Source: a virus (Duplodnaviria; Caudoviricetes). From it: a stretch of DNA of 39,504 bases. Shown piece after piece: positions 35,138-39,504 of this stretch (the first letter of the stretch is position 1; every line of letters begins with the position of its first letter). Location of the stretch: positions 1 through 39,504 of IMG/VR virus record IMGVR_UViG_3300012936_000052. One strand, given 5' to 3'. The translations under genes and the position numbers were made by a program. The notes under the pieces were generated by a model. It made no database searches, had not been told where the DNA came from, and saw only the letters and a program-made list of their open reading frames with translations.

Positions 35138-36810
35138 GCATAGCCGCACTACGTAAGCAAGTTGACCAAATAGCGCCAATCATTAAAGCGCAATCGGGCA
35201 ACGTAGAGGAAACCGTTTACGGCGTAGTGGATAGAATCAACGAAGATGGTACGCCACACTTTATCCGCAAGTGGAAAGGTGTAATCGGCAACATGCGACC
35301 AACGGATGAGGAGCCGACCATTTACATCATTGAGAAACTAGAGCCTGTCATACTCACGCATAAGAAGTATAAATGCCTATACGGCGGCAGGGCTGGCACC
35401 AAATCCATCATGGTAATGGATACGGTTGTCGGTGACGTTAACGCCAACGGCTCTAAAGTGTTTGTGCTACGTGAGCGCATGAAGTCGCTTAAAGATACCA
35501 TTTACGCGGGTATTGTAGGTCGTATCGATGCGCTAAAAATTAAAGGATTTACGCCTGTTCCGTCTGAGCGTGAAGTGCGCCACAAGAACAGAGGCAAGAT
35601 AACGTTTGGCGGTATGCAGAACATTATCGACATGAAAGGCTCATTCGAATACAAATACTTCTTGATGGAAGAGGCAGCGCGAACAAGTCAGCAGACCATT
35701 GATACACTAGGTCCTACATTACGTGGCGTTGATGGTGCAGAGCTTATCTATGTATGGAATCCAGAATCAGCAAATGACCCTATGAGTCTAGAGTTTATCG
35801 TGCCATTCCAGGCGCAGTTAGACAAAGACGGTTATTACGAGGATGACTATCACATGGTTATCAAGGTAGGTTTTGAGGATAACCCGTGGTTTATGCACGA
35901 CCAATCACTACGCGAAGAATACGAGAAAGACTTGCAGAAGAAAAATGAGGGGCGTATGAGCGAATCGCGTTTCAACCATATCTGGCACGGGGCATTTAAC
36001 GATGACATTGATAACAGTGTTATCAAAGCAGATTGGTTTGATGCGTGTATTGATGCGCATCAAAAACTGGGCTTCGAGGCTCGCGGCGGTAAGGTTGCAG
36101 GCTTTGACCCGTCAGACGTTGGTAACGATGCAAAAGGTTACTGCTTACGCCATGGTGTGGTTTTTACTGATGTGCGCGAGATTGATGCGGAAGACGCGAA
36201 TAGAGCCTTTGACATTGCTTCACGTGATGCTAATGCTTCGGGTGTTGATACATTTGGTTGGGATTGTGACGGCATGGGCGCTTTATTGCGTGATCAAGCG
36301 GTTGCGAACTTTCAAGGCACGAAAGTGCATACTTTCATGTATAAAGGCTCTGAGGGCGTACACAACCCCGAAGCAGTATTTAAACCCGTTGGCGAGTATC
36401 ATATCCGTGACAGTAAAAAGAACAAAGACGTATTTGGCAACAAGAAAGCGCAAAATATTATTAGCTTTGCAGAGCGTGTATACAAGACATGGGAAGCGGT
36501 AGTGCACAAAAAGTATATTGACCCTAGCGAGTTGGTTAGCTTTGACAGTGATAAGATACCCGCTAACTATCTACAAAAGCTAAGGTCAGAGGCGTGTCGT
36601 ATGCCGTTAAAGCCAGCCGATACATTTAAGTTTTACACTAAGCAAGAAATGCGTAACGGCATTAAACAGCAGGACGGAAGCAAGATAGTCATACCATCAC
36701 CAAACCTATTTGACGCGGTGGTGCTATCTTTTGACAATAGTGCTAATATAACGCAAAGCAGAGTAAACAAAACACATAGGCCACAAGCCATGCGACCAAT
36801 GGGGCGTTAA
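35134..36810 (+). CDS. terL: Terminase large subunit
   Basis: GGRAGTKS Walker A, FLMEEA Walker B, PTLR, WNP, GFDPSD nuclease motif, SPNLFDA. Confidence 0.95.
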   Translation: MSIAALRKQVDQIAPIIKAQSGNVEETVYGVVDRINEDGTPHFIRKWKGVIGNMRPTDEEPTIYIIEKLEPVILTHKKYKCLYGGRAGTKSIMVMDTVVGDVNANGSKVFVLRERMKSLKDTIYAGIVGRIDALKIKGFTPVPSEREVRHKNRGKITFGGMQNIIDMKGSFEYKYFLMEEAARTSQQTIDTLGPTLRGVDGAELIYVWNPESANDPMSLEFIVPFQAQLDKDGYYEDDYHMVIKVGFEDNPWFMHDQSLREEYEKDLQKKNEGRMSESRFNHIWHGAFNDDIDNSVIKADWFDACIDAHQKLGFEARGGKVAGFDPSDVGNDAKGYCLRHGVVFTDVREIDAEDANRAFDIASRDANASGVDTFGWDCDGMGALLRDQAVANFQGTKVHTFMYKGSEGVHNPEAVFKPVGEYHIRDSKKNKDVFGNKKAQNIISFAERVYKTWEAVVHKKYIDPSELVSFDSDKIPANYLQKLRSEACRMPLKPADTFKFYTKQEMRNGIKQQDGSKIVIPSPNLFDAVVLSFDNSANITQSRVNKTHRPQAMRPMGR

Positions 36811-38859
36811 ATGCTAGACTTTCAAGACTTAAAGCGGATGCAAGAAAAAGCGTATCAACATGGTTATGATACGCGCTTGAAGGCCGCAGACGACATGCTG
36901 TTTGCATGGGTAACGCAATGGGATGATGAATATCTCAATGGCACTGACTTAGCCACTCGCTTTGAGTTTAACATTATACGAAAGGCGCAAAGGCAAATTC
37001 TCACCGATTTGGTGCTTAACCCTATTCAAGTCGATTTCGACCCCGTTGACGACACGTTTGAAAAAGCTTCTGAGATTATGGATGGTGCGTATCGTGCCGA
37101 TATGCGTAACAACAAATCACAAGAGGCTAAGAAGAATGCCAACCAAGAAGCGGTTGTGTGTGGTGTTGGCGCATGGCGTTTAACAACCGAGTATCGCAAT
37201 AATCTTGAAGATGACGACAGGCAGCGAATCATACGTGAGCCAATCTTTGAGGCTAACAACCGTGTGTTTTGGGATCCGAATGCGCAGCTAATCGACAAGT
37301 CAGACGCTAAGTATGTGGCAGTGCTTTACCCTTACTCATTTGACGCTTATAAGGAGCTATGCGAAGAGTTGGGCTGTGAATATACGCACCCGTCAAGCTT
37401 TGCAGAGCCTGAGCATAGTTATACATTCCCATGGATTGGCGCAGAAGACAAAGTTAATATCGTTAAGTTTTATCATCGCGTATTGAAGAAAGTTAAGCAT
37501 TACACCTTTGCGGATGAATTTGGTAATCGTCGTGTATTGCAGCAAGACGAAGTTGACGAAGATGATTTAATCGATGGTGGCTTTGAGTTTGAATCAGAGA
37601 AAACCGTTAAGCGTTACGTCGTTACTGAGTACATTGCAAGCGGTGCCGGCATTATGGCTGAAAATCGTATTGCGGGTGAGCATTTACCTATTATCCCGCA
37701 GTATGGTGAGCGTCAGTTTGTTGAAGGCGAAGAACATTACGAAGGTATTGTACGCCTAGCTAAAGACCCGCAGCGTTTACGTAACTTCCAAATGTCATAC
37801 CTAGCCGACATTGTGAGCCGTAGCGGTAGAAGCAAGCCAATCTTCACCGACGAGCAGATTGCAGGCTATGAGGATATGTATAACCTCAATGGGCCTGATA
37901 ACAATTACCCGTACCTAAAGCAAAACCATTACGACAGCAACGGTCAGCCTTTACCTGTTGGCCCCGTTGGTCAAACGCCTGACGCAAACGTGCCTCCTGC
38001 ATTAATGGCGGCAATGGCTGAATCGCGCGCAGCGGTGGACGACGTAGCAAGCCCAGGTTTACCGCAGGACATCACTGACCCGTCATTGTCTGGCAAAGCC
38101 GTGCAAGCATTGCAGAAACGCTTAGATATGCAGTCTTATACGTACCAAGACCACCACAAGTACGCTATGCGTCGTGACGGTGAGGTGTATGCATCAATGT
38201 TCCGTGATGTAATGGACAGTGAGCAAGAGATTGTACTTGTTCAGCTTGACGGCACTACATCGAAAGAAACGATTAACAAAGCCGAGATTGATTGGTCAAA
38301 TATGCAAACGCAGATTGTCAACGATGTGCGCAAGATGATGTTTGATGTGTATGCGGATATTGGTCCATCGTTTGAATCGGTTAAATCGCAAAACCGTGAA
38401 GAGTTGAAAGAATTAATCAACGGATTACCACCGGGCGACCCAATGCGCAACATACTATTAAACGAGTACCTGACCATGCTCGAAGGTTCGCACATGGAAG
38501 ACGTGCGCGACTATGCGCGTAAACAGTTAATTCTTCAAGGCATCAAGAAGCCAGAGACACCAGAAGAAGAGCAGATGCTAATGCAGGCGCAGCAGAATCA
38601 ACAGCCTGATGCGCAAACGCAAGCCTTACTTATGGAAGGTCAGGCGAGAATGCAAGAAGGTCAAGCGGCGATTATGAATGAAGAGAATGACCGCATCAAA
38701 CTGCAAATAGACCAATATAAAGCTGACACAGACCGCCAGAAAGTAATTATCGAAGCGCAGAAAGCAGGGTTACAAATGCGTGATATTGCGGTGAGTACAC
38801 AAGGAAAGCAAATCGACAATGCAATGAAACTAAGGCAAGGTGTGAGCGAGGGGCGTTAA
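36811..38859 (+). CDS. Portal protein, P22 gp1-like
   Basis: QWDD, YRADM, GVGAWR, WDPNA...DKSDA, YEGIVRLAKDPQRLRN, Q-rich C-terminal barrel. Confidence 0.93.
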   Translation: MLDFQDLKRMQEKAYQHGYDTRLKAADDMLFAWVTQWDDEYLNGTDLATRFEFNIIRKAQRQILTDLVLNPIQVDFDPVDDTFEKASEIMDGAYRADMRNNKSQEAKKNANQEAVVCGVGAWRLTTEYRNNLEDDDRQRIIREPIFEANNRVFWDPNAQLIDKSDAKYVAVLYPYSFDAYKELCEELGCEYTHPSSFAEPEHSYTFPWIGAEDKVNIVKFYHRVLKKVKHYTFADEFGNRRVLQQDEVDEDDLIDGGFEFESEKTVKRYVVTEYIASGAGIMAENRIAGEHLPIIPQYGERQFVEGEEHYEGIVRLAKDPQRLRNFQMSYLADIVSRSGRSKPIFTDEQIAGYEDMYNLNGPDNNYPYLKQNHYDSNGQPLPVGPVGQTPDANVPPALMAAMAESRAAVDDVASPGLPQDITDPSLSGKAVQALQKRLDMQSYTYQDHHKYAMRRDGEVYASMFRDVMDSEQEIVLVQLDGTTSKETINKAEIDWSNMQTQIVNDVRKMMFDVYADIGPSFESVKSQNREELKELINGLPPGDPMRNILLNEYLTMLEGSHMEDVRDYARKQLILQGIKKPETPEEEQMLMQAQQNQQPDAQTQALLMEGQARMQEGQAAIMNEENDRIKLQIDQYKADTDRQKVIIEAQKAGLQMRDIAVSTQGKQIDNAMKLRQGVSEGR

Positions 38860-39056
38860 GCCCCTTCTCTTAGATTAAAACCCTTCTCCCAATCCGCAGC
38901 CTCTATCGGGTGATAGCCGTAAACCTCTTCCCACATAATGTCGAAGTGCGTATTCATTAAACCTATATCGTCGTTTTCGTATCGTGCGCCGTTGTACTCG
39001 TTGATTACGGATTTAGTGCAAAGCTTTGCTCGCATTTTGTTTGCTTTGTCGTTCAT
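38856..39056 (-). CDS. Hypothetical protein (antisense moron)
   Basis: MNDKANKMRAK..., 66 aa; ATG overlaps the upstream TGA. Confidence 0.6.
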   Translation of the reverse strand: MNDKANKMRAKLCTKSVINEYNGARYENDDIGLMNTHFDIMWEEVYGYHPIEAADWEKGFNLREGA

Positions 39057-39184
39057 AACTTCACACCCCACTTTTCACGTAACGCGCTGTAATGTTCACG
39101 GCGCTTATCGGCTTTCTCTTTTTGAATGGCTTTATAGATGCGGCGTATCATCGCCTAACGGTTTAGCTTTTGTTCGTAGGTCAC
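39053..39184 (-). pseudogene. Small basic ORF interrupted by an in-frame TAG
   Basis: AAGGAGA RBS, GTG 39184: MTYEQKLNR*AMIRRIYKAIQKEKADKRREHYSALREKWGVKL. Confidence 0.5.
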
Positions 39185-39213
39185 AATCAATCTCCTTTGT
39201 TTTATTTCCGTAA

Positions 39214-39254
39214 AAACTAGCATTAAGGTACACGCTTTACAAGTCTGACCAGTT
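39214..39254 (-). promoter_or_regulatory. FadR-like box 6 with -35 TTGTAA / extended -10 TGcTAGTTT driving the moron
   Basis: Minus strand AACTGGTCAGACTTGTA (39254-39238), 17-bp spacer, TAGTTT at 39219-39214. Confidence 0.65.
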
Positions 39255-39265
39255 GGCGCTATACT
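39236..39265 (+). promoter_or_regulatory. Rightward promoter for scaffold/coat
   Basis: TTTACA-18 bp-TATACT; box 6 covers its -35 end and spacer. Confidence 0.55.
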
Positions 39266-39330
39266 TAACCTACTCGTATATGTCCGAGCATAGACATAGA
39301 TAATTAATCGTTACACTACGAGGATAAAAA

Positions 39331-39504
39331 GTGGCAGAGAAATTAACGCTTGCAGAGCTGAAAGCTAAAAACGCAGCGGAAGAAGAAGCAGAGCAGGAAA
39401 CCGAAGTTGTCGAGGTTGAGGAACAACAAGACGCTAAAGTTACCATTACACCTGTTGAAACTACCGTTGAAGATGCCGACGATGACGCCGACGATGACAC
39501 CGAA
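39331..39504 (+). CDS. N-terminus of the scaffolding protein (continues at base 1/124)
   Basis: GAGGA RBS, GTG-AEKLTLAELKAKN, in frame with 1..993. Confidence 0.85.
   Translation, partial: MAEKLTLAELKAKNAAEEEAEQETEVVEVEEQQDAKVTITPVETTVEDADDDADDDTE
39382..39504 (+). repeat. Terminal direct repeat copy of 1-123
   Basis: Exact sequence identity. Confidence 0.95.

Noticed and set aside
39155-39157. Genome-wide TAG recoding
   Set aside because: Many genes end normally at TAG (e.g. 16025, 16859, 18346, 24421, 26436), long genes are uninterrupted, and no suppressor tRNA is seen.

Overview
The window is an apparently complete, circularly permuted dsDNA podophage genome of 39,381 bp. Bases 1-123 are repeated exactly at 39382-39504, and the join falls inside the scaffolding gene. 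The virion module is P22-like and reads rightwards: TerS, TerL, portal, scaffold, coat, gp4, gp10, needle, gp14-like, three ejection proteins, a head-binding adapter and two tailspikes, then an M15 endolysin with holin-like genes. A leftward arm encodes two Cro-like HTH proteins, a DUF3987/YfjI-type ATPase, a CHC2 zinc-finger primase-like protein, an SF2 helicase, a RecE-like exonuclease, a putative annealing protein, a RuvC-like nuclease, SSB, dUTPase and small ORFs. A rightward early arm carries small genes (HNH, NinX, NinH, XRE, coiled-coil paralogues). No integrase, CI-type repressor, DNA/RNA polymerase, tRNA or CRISPR array was seen. A gammaproteobacterial host, possibly marine, is an inference. 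The main observations are: (1) six copies of a 17-bp box (nACTGGTCnnAnnTGTn), each followed at near-fixed spacing by a -10 hexamer and resembling the host FadR-activated fabA promoter; (2) a candidate neck-fibre system made of a repeat spine, a small subunit and an adaptor domain fused to gp4; (3) two tandem structured RNA candidates at 17651-17848; (4) conserved boundary sequences in a coiled-coil gene cassette; (5) a primase-like protein with a degenerate TOPRIM motif. All family assignments come from motif recognition by eye and gene order, not from database searches.
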